NCBI GenBank assembly: GCA_963663405.2
Contig: CAXXSM010000147.1
Location: 1 to 40,016, forward strand
DNA: 40,016 nucleotides
DNA from: a bacterium
GTDB lineage: Bacteria > Hinthialibacterota > Hinthialibacteria > Hinthialibacterales > Hinthialibacteraceae
Direction: 5' to 3'
Part shown: positions 18,324-27,876 of the stretch, one piece after another
Layout of the letters: every line of letters starts with the position of its first letter
Position numbering within the stretch: position 1 is the first letter of the stretch
Position numbers and translations under genes: made by a program
The notes under the pieces: generated by a model
The model's input: the letters and a program-made list of their open reading frames with translations, nothing else
What the model was told of the DNA's origin: nothing
Databases searched by the model: none

Positions 18324-20425
18324 CGGTCCATCCCCACGTGCGTGGGGAATACCGTGAAATCGAAGGTCTTTTATCCCGGCTGTCCGGTCCATCCCCACGT
18401 GCGTGGGGAATACTATTCGTTATCTCTTCGTTAATCGCTTCGATCCGGTCCATCCCCACGTGCGTGGGGAATACTCCTTGCGTCAGGCATTGATCCAGAT
18501 GATATTCGGTCCATCCCCACGTGCGTGGGGAATACCCGGCGCGCCATAAATAATTCCCTTCACCATCCGGTCCATCCCCACGTGCGTGGGGAATACTCTT
18601 TAATGTTATATGATTTTATGTACTGTTTCGGTCCATCCCCACGTGCGTGGGGAATACCGGGCGCGACGCTGATCTTACGCGCTTCCTCGCGGTCCATCCC
18701 CACGTGCGTGGGGAATACAATAGGCACACGAGCAACATGGAGAATGTTTTCGGTCCATCCCCACGTGCGTGGGGAATACCGGCAAGCGATTTTCGCGATG
18801 AGCTCGACTCACGGTCCATCCCCACGTGCGTGGGGAATACTATAATTCTATTAAATATAAAACACCTATCCTCGGTCCATCCCCACGTGCGTGGGGAATA
18901 CGTATGCTTGAGCTTTCGTGGCTAACGAGAGAGCGGTCCATCCCCACGTGCGTGGGGAATACCCGGTCGATTGCGTGATTGAGCGATCGGACTACGGTCC
19001 ATCCCCACGTGCGTGGGGAATACGTAATAGTCTTTGCTTCATCCTATGGTCAATACGGTCCATCCCCACGTGCGTGGGGAATACTTGACTTGCTGCTCCC
19101 ACTGCCCTCGCTCGCTCGGTCCATCCCCACGTGCGTGGGGAATACGCGCAGATCGGTCATCGTTGGTTTTCGGTTCTCGGTCCATCCCCACGTGCGTGGG
19201 GAATACATGAGATGGCCGGATCGGATGAGGGGTCTCTACGGTCCATCCCCACGTGCGTGGGGAATACAAGCCGCCGTAAATACGGTCAACTTCCACCGGC
19301 GGTCCATCCCCACGTGCGTGGGGAATACAATAAAATCAACTTCCAAATCATCTACGTAATCGGTCCATCCCCACGTGCGTGGGGAATACGAATCTGACTC
19401 GCTCTATTTTTTTAGTTCTCTCGGTCCATCCCCACGTGCGTGGGGAATACCTTGGCGACCGACGTCGATGGAACTGCGCTTCCGGTCCATCCCCACGTGC
19501 GTGGGGAATACCAGGCCAACCATTGAAGTGGTTCATCACTATCCGGTCCATCCCCACGTGCGTGGGGAATACATGGGCTTCCTGGGGCAACAGAGAATGT
19601 AGGTCGGTCCATCCCCACGTGCGTGGGGAATACGTCAAACCATTACCGGCGATTTGAAAATTATTCGGTCCATCCCCACGTGCGTGGGGAATACATGTAG
19701 CGTCTGGCCAAATATTATTAACAATCCGGTCCATCCCCACGTGCGTGGGGAATACTTGACGAAAAAACAAAAAAATGGATTGACGACGGGTCCATCCCCA
19801 CGTGCGTGGGGAATACGCACCGAAACCTAGCCGTAGCGCATCCAACGCCGGTCCATCCCCACGTGCGTGGGGAATACTTTTTCTTCCGTTATCTTATCCA
19901 TCTGCACTTCGGTCCATCCCCACGTGCGTGGGGAATACGTGTTTCCTGTTTTGCCGCTTCTAAATGTAAATGGTCCATCCCCACGTGCGTGGGGAATACT
20001 TTCGGTCCCTACGGCGGGGGAGGGGGATTCTCGGTCCATCCCCACGTGCGTGGGGAATACTATAATATCACTCTATCGATTTCTTGAATATACGGTCCAT
20101 CCCCACGTGCGTGGGGAATACACGTCCCGATCTACCAATATAGTCCAACGACGCGGTCCATCCCCACGTGCGTGGGGAATACCGCATATAAAGTGTACGC
20201 GAAGCGGGCAGAGACGGTCCATCCCCACGTGCGTGGGGAATACAGCTGTTCTTTCGTTGTCGCGTCCTGAAAGCCCGGTCCATCCCCACGTGCGTGGGGA
20301 ATACTCATCAAGAATTAAAATCATCTCCGAAGCATACGGTCCATCCCCACGTGCGTGGGGAATACTTATCAAAAACGTCGCTTACAATTTTCCCGACGGT
20401 CCATCCCCACGTGCGTGGGGAATAC
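18324..20425 (-). CRISPR. Type I-E CRISPR array, 35 repeats and 34 spacers
   Basis: 29-bp repeat GTATTCCCCACGCACGTGGGGATGGACCG (plus strand CGGTCCATCCCCACGTGCGTGGGGAATAC), 61-bp period; spacers are 32 bp except the leader-proximal one (31 bp). Confidence 0.99.
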
Positions 20426-20467
20426 ACTTGAATTTTACTCGACTTACGGTTTGATATCTATCGCAAG
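20426..20467 (-). promoter_or_regulatory. CRISPR leader with IHF-like site
   Basis: TATCAAACCGTAA (20444-20456, minus) resembles WATCAANNNNTTR and lies 18 bp from the first repeat. Confidence 0.6.
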
Positions 20468-20779
20468 TCATTGTGGATTTCGCTCGATTTCCTTCTTTTT
20501 TTCAGTGTTGAGTATGGTGATGAGCTGCAGACCTTCCCAATCTGAGGGGAATCGTCTTTTGGGATTGAAAAAATCGATTTGAAATCCCTGTTCGGTGTTC
20601 GTACTCCAAATGATCATACAGGATCCTTCCCCAACTTTCTGACATACTTTACGCCATAATCGTTCTCGAACCATCCCCGATACACGGCCGACAAAAACTC
20701 CCGCTTTGGCTTCCAAAAGCCAGCGCGTCAGTTCTCCCCGTAGAGATGGTGAAACACTCTCGACAATCAGAACCATCAT
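20468..20779 (-). CDS. cas2: Type I-E Cas2
   Basis: MMVLIVESVSPSLRGELTRWLLE..GVFVG..S..VRERLW..EQGF. Confidence 0.95.
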   Translation of the reverse strand: MMVLIVESVSPSLRGELTRWLLEAKAGVFVGRVSGMVRERLWRKVCQKVGEGSCMIIWSTNTEQGFQIDFFNPKRRFPSDWEGLQLITILNTEKKKEIERNPQ

Positions 20780-21747
20780 GAGTTCGCCTCCCCGGATTCT
20801 GTATTTTCACCATACGAGATTCCACCTTCTACCCCATCCGCACGATCAGGATCCCATAAGGGGCCTGGTTGAGCGGGATCGAAATCGTAGGATATTTCAT
20901 CGGCGCCTGTTTCCAATTCCGGTTTTACATCCAAGATGTGTTGAATATCTTTGACAATCCGGTCAAGCAGGCGGGATTCATGAAACCGGTCCCGGCAATG
21001 CTGCCGTACCCGCCGTTCTAGATTGCCCACAGCCTCCGCCGAGACCTGAAACGCCGCTGGTACAGTAATATCCACTTTGTAGAGATCGGCGATATCGTAG
21101 ACAAACGAAAGCTGCTTGCCGGTATGGATGAATCCGAGTCCAGGGCTCAGCCCCAGGGAAACGATCGCAGCATGGCACACACCATACAAACAGGAGTTGG
21201 CGCACGAGAGCGCGCGGTTGATGGGATCCGCCTCGTTCCAACTTCGGCGTTTGTAGGATCGTCCGGTCCAAGGCACGCCGGTCACCTCCGAATAACGGGC
21301 ATACGCTTCCCGCACTCGAACACCCTCTTTTCCACGAATCTGCTGCAGAGACAACGACTCGTCCAGTTTTTCGGCAAAACGCAGCTGGTACATCCGCCGG
21401 ACCACGGTGAGACGCGATGGTGTATGGCTGCACAAGGCCGCTTGTTTGAGCAGCAGGTTAGCATGCCGGGTTTCTCCCATGCCAGAGGCGTAAAAACGAA
21501 CGCCTTTCTCTCCACACCATATGACCAGACATCCATTATCCGCCAGCGTCATGACAGCGGCGTGTGTGATGTTTGTTCCCGGTCCCAGCATTAGCATAGT
21601 TAGCGATGCGCAGGGAACCGGTGTCAAACCAATCTGGTCGTGAATGGCGATGGCCTCTGATTGCTTATCAATCCGGCAGTGTTCGACGTATAAGTAACTC
21701 CAACTATCACGTACTTTTGGAAGTTCATGCAAGTCTTTGAGCCTCAT
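20776..21747 (-). CDS. cas1: Type I-E Cas1
   Basis: LMLGPGTNITHAA, RGKEGVRVR, SPGLGFIHTG, SFVYDIADLYK. Confidence 0.97.
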   Translation of the reverse strand: MRLKDLHELPKVRDSWSYLYVEHCRIDKQSEAIAIHDQIGLTPVPCASLTMLMLGPGTNITHAAVMTLADNGCLVIWCGEKGVRFYASGMGETRHANLLLKQAALCSHTPSRLTVVRRMYQLRFAEKLDESLSLQQIRGKEGVRVREAYARYSEVTGVPWTGRSYKRRSWNEADPINRALSCANSCLYGVCHAAIVSLGLSPGLGFIHTGKQLSFVYDIADLYKVDITVPAAFQVSAEAVGNLERRVRQHCRDRFHESRLLDRIVKDIQHILDVKPELETGADEISYDFDPAQPGPLWDPDRADGVEGGISYGENTESGEANS

Positions 21748-21813
21748 CGTTCTACACTCCTTGGTTCAAACCAGAATCCACTAGTCAATTCAATTGGAAA
21801 CCGGTTTAATGAT

Positions 21814-22491
21814 TTATGCCGGCCGGATCGATAACAATCCGAATCCATACGCCTTGGCGCTTCCAATCCCGTTTATTAGAGTCTCCCGAAATTGATTCGC
21901 GTCTGTGACCGACAAACGACCTTCAAACACGATGGACGAAAAGGTCATCTTGAGATCATTTTTCTTTGCGCGAACGATGTCAGGAATGACACGAATGTCG
22001 GATACTGCATCGGAAAGACGCACCGATAGAAGCCGGAAACCTCCAGCCTGTCCTTTACGCTGTAGCCACTCGATTTGTTCTTCAGACGTGCGCAACGGTT
22101 CCCGGCGTCCATGGCGCCGTTTTCCATCCGCGCCGGTTTTTGTATCAACCTTGCGAGTGGGATTGGCGCGCAGCCGGAACAAGAAGGTTTGGTTCTCCCG
22201 GATCGATTTATAGGCGGGATCGATACACGCGGGAGGTTGTTTTAAATAACCTGATTGTTGTTCTAAATACGACCAATCCGGCTGTTCACGAGAGAGCACG
22301 AGAAGCGCAGGCCTTCCGGTTCGTGGGTGGATGTCCAGACGGTGTAATACGCCATATTGCGCGCGGGGCGGACGGCCATTTGACGGAGGAGGGAATGCGC
22401 GCATCACCGTGCGATGCAGGTCGTGGCAATTAGCCAGATCGCGTTGGACGCGCCGATCATGTGGATTGAGAATCAACTGTGACAGATACAT
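21814..22491 (-). CDS. cas6e: Cas6e/Cse3 crRNA endonuclease
   Basis: MYLSQL..LHRTVM, FRLRANPT, C-terminal GIGSAKAYGFGLL. Confidence 0.96.
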   Translation of the reverse strand: MYLSQLILNPHDRRVQRDLANCHDLHRTVMRAFPPPSNGRPPRAQYGVLHRLDIHPRTGRPALLVLSREQPDWSYLEQQSGYLKQPPACIDPAYKSIRENQTFLFRLRANPTRKVDTKTGADGKRRHGRREPLRTSEEQIEWLQRKGQAGGFRLLSVRLSDAVSDIRVIPDIVRAKKNDLKMTFSSIVFEGRLSVTDANQFRETLINGIGSAKAYGFGLLSIRPA

Positions 22492-23200
22492 CGGTCTCCT
22501 CCTTCCAGCCTTTAATGGGAAAGTCTTCGATAAACTCTTGTATCACGTACCTTACCGTAAACCGGCGGCGGCTGTTTGCGAAAGAGAGGGGAATATCCAT
22601 ACGCGCTACACCCTCATCCGGGCCGCATTCACGCATTAAACGAAGCATCGTTGGTGGTTCTTCCCTCTCACGCCGCTGGCGCCAGGAGATGGATTGCAGC
22701 GCCTCCCGGATGGAACCTTCTTTTATCCCTAAACACAATGGGGGAGTGGGAACGAATGATTTCCTTCCTAAATAGAGCGGCCAATGGGGGGAATGCAGGG
22801 CTGTTTCGAACGATTCGAGTAGACTAGTGTCACTCGATTCGATCGCCGCATGGAATTCAGCATCGGCAAGGTAATAGCGATTGGATAAGATTGTTCGTTT
22901 CTCATCCAATTTCTTTTGAGCGTTGATTACGCAATACGTTTTAAGGCCTGGGATTGTTCCCCCTCCAGCGGTGTGGTAATCCCGGCTGAACGTTCCAAGA
23001 TGATCGACGCGGATTCCCATCGGTAAACTCGCGAGTTTTTGTAAACCGGCGTCGTCTTCCCGGTCTATACCCAGCGCGGCGCATAGTAATCCAACCACTC
23101 CGCTTTTCGTTGGTTCACGGCTCGTATCACGTTCCACAAAACGGCTTTGGATGCCCCAGGACTGCATGGGACCGGCCAATCGAAGTATTAGGCAGCTCAT
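22457..23200 (-). CDS. cas5e: Cas5e/CasD
   Basis: Start ATG 23200 (ATGA overlap with cas7); LRLAGPMQSWG, PTKSGVVGLLCAALG, RYYLADAEF, LYLGRKS. Confidence 0.95.
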   Translation of the reverse strand: MSCLILRLAGPMQSWGIQSRFVERDTSREPTKSGVVGLLCAALGIDREDDAGLQKLASLPMGIRVDHLGTFSRDYHTAGGGTIPGLKTYCVINAQKKLDEKRTILSNRYYLADAEFHAAIESSDTSLLESFETALHSPHWPLYLGRKSFVPTPPLCLGIKEGSIREALQSISWRQRREREEPPTMLRLMRECGPDEGVARMDIPLSFANSRRRFTVRYVIQEFIEDFPIKGWKEETDVSVTVDSQST

Positions 23201-24378
23201 GAAAGTACCTCCATCACCGCCTGAATCACAGACTCCGCGTTTTCTTTGCGATCGCCTAACTTTTTGACAGGCGGTTTTGGGTCGAGAGAGGTCCAAGCCA
23301 ATACATTTGGCGTTCCATCGTATGTGTCGATTAACTGGCCCCAATACGTATCCAATTTCTCGATGGAAGAAGCGCACAAGCCCTTATCATTCGGCCGGAC
23401 AGGAATTTCGAATGCATTGGCCAACGACCAGGGAACGCCATCCCGGACAACAGCCATGATGAATCCAGGAGGATTGTGCGCGGCGAAGGTGTTTTGCTTC
23501 CCGGTGGGGATCGCTTCAATGGATGCGCGAAGGAAGGCTTCGATTGTTTTTTTCGTAAGATCCTCGTCTTTGCCGAGATTTTCCTCCAGTTTTTCACGAT
23601 CGATGACGGCGTAGCGATAGAAACAGGCGCTGTTGAATTCGACGATGCCCATCATGTCCGCCCCGGCGTTGTCTTCCGGTTGCAGATCGTCCACGGCGGT
23701 AAAGAAATCCATCTCCATTTCAATCTTATGTGTTGAAATCGCATGCGCCACCTGACAGGCGGCGTCGACATTAATGTGATGGGCGTCCGCGACCATACGC
23801 CCAAAGAGTGAGACATCGGAGGCTTTTTTCCCCTTAAATACACCTTCTATTGCTTCTTTTACTTCTTTAGGGAACGCATTCTTTTTTTCGTTCTTTTTAT
23901 TTTTCTTTTCTGTTTTCTCCTGTTCTTTATTTTCATCAGCAATCCTTTTCAGTGTGTCCCAGTGATCAGAGATCGCTTGACATAAAAGATCGATCTCATT
24001 TTTTCCTAAAAAAAGAACATATTGCGTCTTGTATTCATCTTGTTCATCAGATTCTTTTTGCGCCTTTGTTTTCTTCGCTATGGATATTTTATGAGTTTGA
24101 AGCGCGGCTTCAATTACACTTTCAATTTCGTTTTCCTCATGTTTTTTTTCGATGAGTTTCTCTTTCAGAATTGAAACCAATCTTTTGGTGCGTGTTCCCA
24201 TATCATCATCAAGTTTGCCCGCATTTTTCGTGTGAACGCGAATGGCGCGTTTGATGCACTGGCTGGAAATCCGGGCGCGACGGAATCCACCGAACATACA
24301 ATCTTTGGGTGTGTTGGTATCATCACGGTTCAGGCACGAGGGAGCGAAATTTTGTAATAAGTGGAGTTCGATATACAT
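23197..24378 (-). CDS. cas7e: Cas7e/Cse4/CasC
   Basis: IELHLLQNFAPSCLNRDD..PK..GG..RARISSQ, LFGRM, DFFTAVDD, PTGKQNTFA; RBS AAAGGA before ATG 24378. Confidence 0.96.
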   Translation of the reverse strand: MYIELHLLQNFAPSCLNRDDTNTPKDCMFGGFRRARISSQCIKRAIRVHTKNAGKLDDDMGTRTKRLVSILKEKLIEKKHEENEIESVIEAALQTHKISIAKKTKAQKESDEQDEYKTQYVLFLGKNEIDLLCQAISDHWDTLKRIADENKEQEKTEKKNKKNEKKNAFPKEVKEAIEGVFKGKKASDVSLFGRMVADAHHINVDAACQVAHAISTHKIEMEMDFFTAVDDLQPEDNAGADMMGIVEFNSACFYRYAVIDREKLEENLGKDEDLTKKTIEAFLRASIEAIPTGKQNTFAAHNPPGFIMAVVRDGVPWSLANAFEIPVRPNDKGLCASSIEKLDTYWGQLIDTYDGTPNVLAWTSLDPKPPVKKLGDRKENAESVIQAVMEVLS

Positions 24379-24402
24379 GATTGTGTTTCCTTTCAAGTAT
24401 TA

Positions 24403-24918
24403 TTATTCTGCATCTAAGTCAGATTTCTTGTCTTGACCAGGAGTCCAAAATTGCCTTGCCCACTGTTTTTGCACAGATCGGCTTTCATTTCTCCAAGAAC
24501 GCAGATCCTTGAGTAATTGTGTGTAATTGACAGGTACCTTTTTGGATGCCGCCAGGTCGATCGCATGACGCAGACGCCCCGGTAATTCATCTGGATGAGA
24601 GTTGAGTAACTGGACGAATCGCTTTTCGATACTGGGGCTGTCTCCAGCGTCTTTCCAGATGATTTGGAATGTCCTCCCTAAATTTCCGTCCAGTGTGTTA
24701 TCCTGATGCATGGCAAAGAGAGACGCCACGAGGAAATAGACTCGCTGTTCAAAATCCGATTTCTCCTGAATCCATGGAACGACGTATGGATACATCTCAG
24801 GAACCGAACCTGGGGGCTTACCCAGTCCCCGACGTAAATGAGCAAGAGCGGCGCGGTTTTCTCTCTCTTTTAGTTCAAGCAGATACTGGATGAATGGATG
24901 GTTGGTTTCTTCAGGCAT
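24403..24918 (-). CDS. cse2: Cse2/CasB (Cas11)
   Basis: RAALAHLRRGLG, SIEKRFVQLL, VQKQWARQFW; position in operon. Confidence 0.93.
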   Translation of the reverse strand: MPEETNHPFIQYLLELKERENRAALAHLRRGLGKPPGSVPEMYPYVVPWIQEKSDFEQRVYFLVASLFAMHQDNTLDGNLGRTFQIIWKDAGDSPSIEKRFVQLLNSHPDELPGRLRHAIDLAASKKVPVNYTQLLKDLRSWRNESRSVQKQWARQFWTPGQDKKSDLDAE

Positions 24919-24957
24919 TGGCTAACGCCTCCTTTCGAGGAAGGATTTTAGAAGAGA

Positions 24958-26391
24958 GGTTCATCCGGAAATTGGGTCAAAGACTTCATAAAAAGAGAGG
25001 ACAGGCTTAACTCTCCTAACTGGTTAAAGATAAAAAAGGAGAGCAAGCATGTCCACGAGTTCATTATATCATAATGTGGGAATCCGAGGCTACAAATATG
25101 TGAGAACCGAGTATGTGAAAGGAAAAACCCAAGTTACAATCACTCAAGATCTGGAGAAGTTACAGTGTGCGACGTGTGGTTCTTACGACGTCCATCCGCG
25201 GGGTTCGAGAGTCCGAACATTCAAAGCGCCACCGTGGGGTTCAAGAAGCATGGAAATTGTCTTTGCCATTCCACGAGTCGAGTGTGAAAACTGTGGCGAA
25301 TATCGGCAAGTCAAGATACGATTCGCCGATCCACAACTGAGTTATACCCGGAGTTTTGAGCGCTATGTTCTCGATCTATCGCAGAGCATGACCATCCAGG
25401 ATGTGGCCACCCATTTGGGCGTGAGATGGGATATGATCAAAGAGATTCAAAAGAGAAATCTTCAGCGCAAATATGCCCGTCCCAAGTTGAAGCATCTGCG
25501 GCGCCTCGCCATCGATGAAATTGCGATCGCCAAGGGGCATACCTATGTAACAATCGTCATGGATCTGGAGAGTGGAGCGGTTGTTTTTGTCGGAGACGGA
25601 AAGGACGTGGAGGCGCTCAAACCCTTCTGGAAACGGCTTCGTTCGTCTCGCGCCAAGATAGAAGCCGTCGCGATGGATATGGGCCCCGCCTATATCAAAG
25701 CGGTGACAGCCAACTTACCGGACGCCACCATCGTGTTCGATCATTTTCATGTGATCAAACTCTTCAATGAGAAATTGACCCAGTTGCGCCGGGCGTTGTT
25801 TCGGAAAGCCAAGAAAGAAGACAAGAGTGTTCTGAAAGGGATTCGGTTTTTACTGCTGAAGAATCCGGACAATTTGAACTCGGAACGTGAGGAAAAAGAA
25901 CGTCTCCAAGCCGCCTTAAAACTGAACAAACCTTTGGCCATTGCGTATTACATGAAAGAAGAACTTCGCCAGTTCTGGAGCCAAGCCAATTGGTGGAAAG
26001 CAAACATGTATTTGACGAGTTGGATCAATCGAGCCATCGCCTCGGGAGTCCGCATGCTGAAGAAATTTGCCAAGACGTTGGAGACTCATCGTCAAGGTCT
26101 ACTGGCTTACTACAGGTTTTCTATTTCAACCGGTCCTTTAGAAGGGACAAATAACAAAATTAAAACGATGAAACGCCAAGCATATGGATTTCGAGATCAT
26201 GAGTTTTTTAAACTCAAAATTCTGGGAATTCATGAAACCAAGTACAAGTTAGTCGGGTGATAGCAATTACCACATGGTTGAGGTCAAGGTCATTTTTTTC
26301 GAAGAAATTTGAATGGATTGAACTTGGAAATAGGCTAAAACAGACAAATTTCCTAAGAAAAAACGCAATGCGCCCAATTTCCGGATGAGCC
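24958..26391 (+). mobile_element. ISL3-family IS inserted in the 3' end of cas8e
   Basis: TIRs GGTTCATCCGGAAATTGGG and CCCAATTTCCGGATGAGCC (18/19); imperfect 8-bp flanks AGAAGAGA and TAAAGAGA. Confidence 0.92.
25049..26260 (+). CDS. ISL3-family transposase
   Basis: Zn finger CATC..CENC, AIDEIA, AMDMGPAY, VFDHFHV, STGPLEGTNNKIK..KRQAYGFRD. Confidence 0.96.
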   Translation: MSTSSLYHNVGIRGYKYVRTEYVKGKTQVTITQDLEKLQCATCGSYDVHPRGSRVRTFKAPPWGSRSMEIVFAIPRVECENCGEYRQVKIRFADPQLSYTRSFERYVLDLSQSMTIQDVATHLGVRWDMIKEIQKRNLQRKYARPKLKHLRRLAIDEIAIAKGHTYVTIVMDLESGAVVFVGDGKDVEALKPFWKRLRSSRAKIEAVAMDMGPAYIKAVTANLPDATIVFDHFHVIKLFNEKLTQLRRALFRKAKKEDKSVLKGIRFLLLKNPDNLNSEREEKERLQAALKLNKPLAIAYYMKEELRQFWSQANWWKANMYLTSWINRAIASGVRMLKKFAKTLETHRQGLLAYYRFSISTGPLEGTNNKIKTMKRQAYGFRDHEFFKLKILGIHETKYKLVG

Positions 26392-27876
26392 TAAAGAGAT
26401 ACTCAATTGACGATACGCTTCCGCCGCAGCCCGTATCGAACGTGCGGAACCATCTAGGCCGTCAACCGTCTGTTTCAGACTATCAAACGCTGTCTTACGT
26501 AGGACATCACACCACTTCTCTTGAGCAGCCTCGTCATCCTTAGGAAGATCGCGGTAGAGTTTAAAAAATGGCTCCTCCAAAGTGGACCAATAGATAGTGA
26601 TAGCGGGGAAACTTTCCTTCATTTGTTTTACCTGCTTCAGATCGGGTTTGCGTTTATTCTCATTAAAAGGATAAAGTAGTTTTTGGGCGAGTGTTTTTGT
26701 AACTTGGTGCAGTGTATCTTCTATTTTTTCGGCGTAATAAATGGCTGTTTCTAAATAGGCTACTAAATTGTCATGTTTTAAATAAGCGGTAGGAAAAGGG
26801 AGACGTTCATGTCGCCAAATAAAAATTTTATTGTTCTTATTATCTGTTCCAAAAACGTTCAACTGTGTTTGAGTAGTATCTGTTTCCGCGAGCAGATCAA
26901 GAATGGCAGGATAACGATCTTTTCTATTGATTATCAACGAAGCCAATGCGGATGAATCACGCCATAAGGCTTTTTCTTTATCAATGGAAATAGGATCATA
27001 TCCTTTTTTTTCACTGCGTCTATAGAACAACATTGGATCAAAGGTGTTTTCTGTCCATTCCTTATCCGGTTTTTTGTTGGGTTTAATGTATATTTTTCTT
27101 ATGATTGGAAACTGGTCATTAATAAGAAAAATACGACGATATTGCCATGTTAGATACGACAAATAACCAGAAGGGATATCGGTTTCAGGTGGAGTTGTAC
27201 GTTCCCAAGAAGGTTTATCATCTTTTATCTTAGGGAATGGGAGATCACTATTGTATTGACATAGGTTATATAGAAGAGTATCAAAAAGATCAGAGCCATA
27301 CACAAAAACCGTTGCTCCTCTTGTCAATGCTGATTGGCAATATCCCGAACCATCTTGAAGCGCAAATATCTGATTCGAAACAAGCAGACGGCTTGCAATG
27401 GAATATGAAATTGAAGGAGGAGAGTCATCCATAGTATGATCGAATAGCGTCGCATTATTCCCCGATGAGTATTCACGTGCAATTTGTACAATGCTTGACA
27501 TTTCTATCTTTTTTTCATTCAGTAATTTCGGATCTTGAAAGAAAGGATGCTCTCCGAAAAGATCAAAGCGGCTTTGAATGGAATTTCCTTCGTCGTCAGT
27601 TGAATGTAAATATTGATCAATTATAGATGGATCAAATATTCCTTTCTGTTTGATTGCCTTCCATTCAGCGATGGATTTTGGGCCATCATAACTCCGATGA
27701 AGAAACGCAAGTAATAATCTCAATATTGATAACGTCACCAGCGGCGAGTTATCCAACACTTCCCGCAGTTCATGCGCATTGAGCAACGTCTCGCGAAGCC
27801 CCAGTTCAATGTATTCTCCATTTCGGCGAAGGCAGGGAATCCACGGTTCATTGATCAGATTGAAGGATTCTTTCAT
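26353..27876 (-). CDS. cas8e: Cas8e/Cse1/CasA; last 12 codons are derived from the ISL3 end
   Basis: SFNLINEPWIPC, RFDLF..HPFFQ, SGNNATLFDH, YLTWQYRRI, KALWRD. Confidence 0.92.
   Translation of the reverse strand: MKESFNLINEPWIPCLRRNGEYIELGLRETLLNAHELREVLDNSPLVTLSILRLLLAFLHRSYDGPKSIAEWKAIKQKGIFDPSIIDQYLHSTDDEGNSIQSRFDLFGEHPFFQDPKLLNEKKIEMSSIVQIAREYSSGNNATLFDHTMDDSPPSISYSIASRLLVSNQIFALQDGSGYCQSALTRGATVFVYGSDLFDTLLYNLCQYNSDLPFPKIKDDKPSWERTTPPETDIPSGYLSYLTWQYRRIFLINDQFPIIRKIYIKPNKKPDKEWTENTFDPMLFYRRSEKKGYDPISIDKEKALWRDSSALASLIINRKDRYPAILDLLAETDTTQTQLNVFGTDNKNNKIFIWRHERLPFPTAYLKHDNLVAYLETAIYYAEKIEDTLHQVTKTLAQKLLYPFNENKRKPDLKQVKQMKESFPAITIYWSTLEEPFFKLYRDLPKDDEAAQEKWCDVLRKTAFDSLKQTVDGLDGSARSIRAAAEAYRQLSISLGSSGNWAHCVFS

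Noticed and set aside
19268-19360. Adjacent spacers share TCAACTTCCA
   Set aside because: Only 10 bp with unrelated flanks; insufficient evidence
20000-20031. Spacer with CGGTCC...GGGGATTC resembling the repeat
   Set aside because: Similarity is limited to short ends, the hairpin is absent and the array period is normal; probably chance
18353-20396. Self-targeting spacers within the window
   Set aside because: None found by eye; a proper BLAST is needed to exclude them
18063-20582. Many ORFs across the CRISPR array
   Set aside because: Artefacts of translating the repeats ([16 protein letters not shown] and GPSPRAWG recur)
23201-23377. N-terminal extension of cas5 in the ORF track
   Set aside because: Overlaps cas7; the Cas5e motif starts at ATG 23200 with its own RBS
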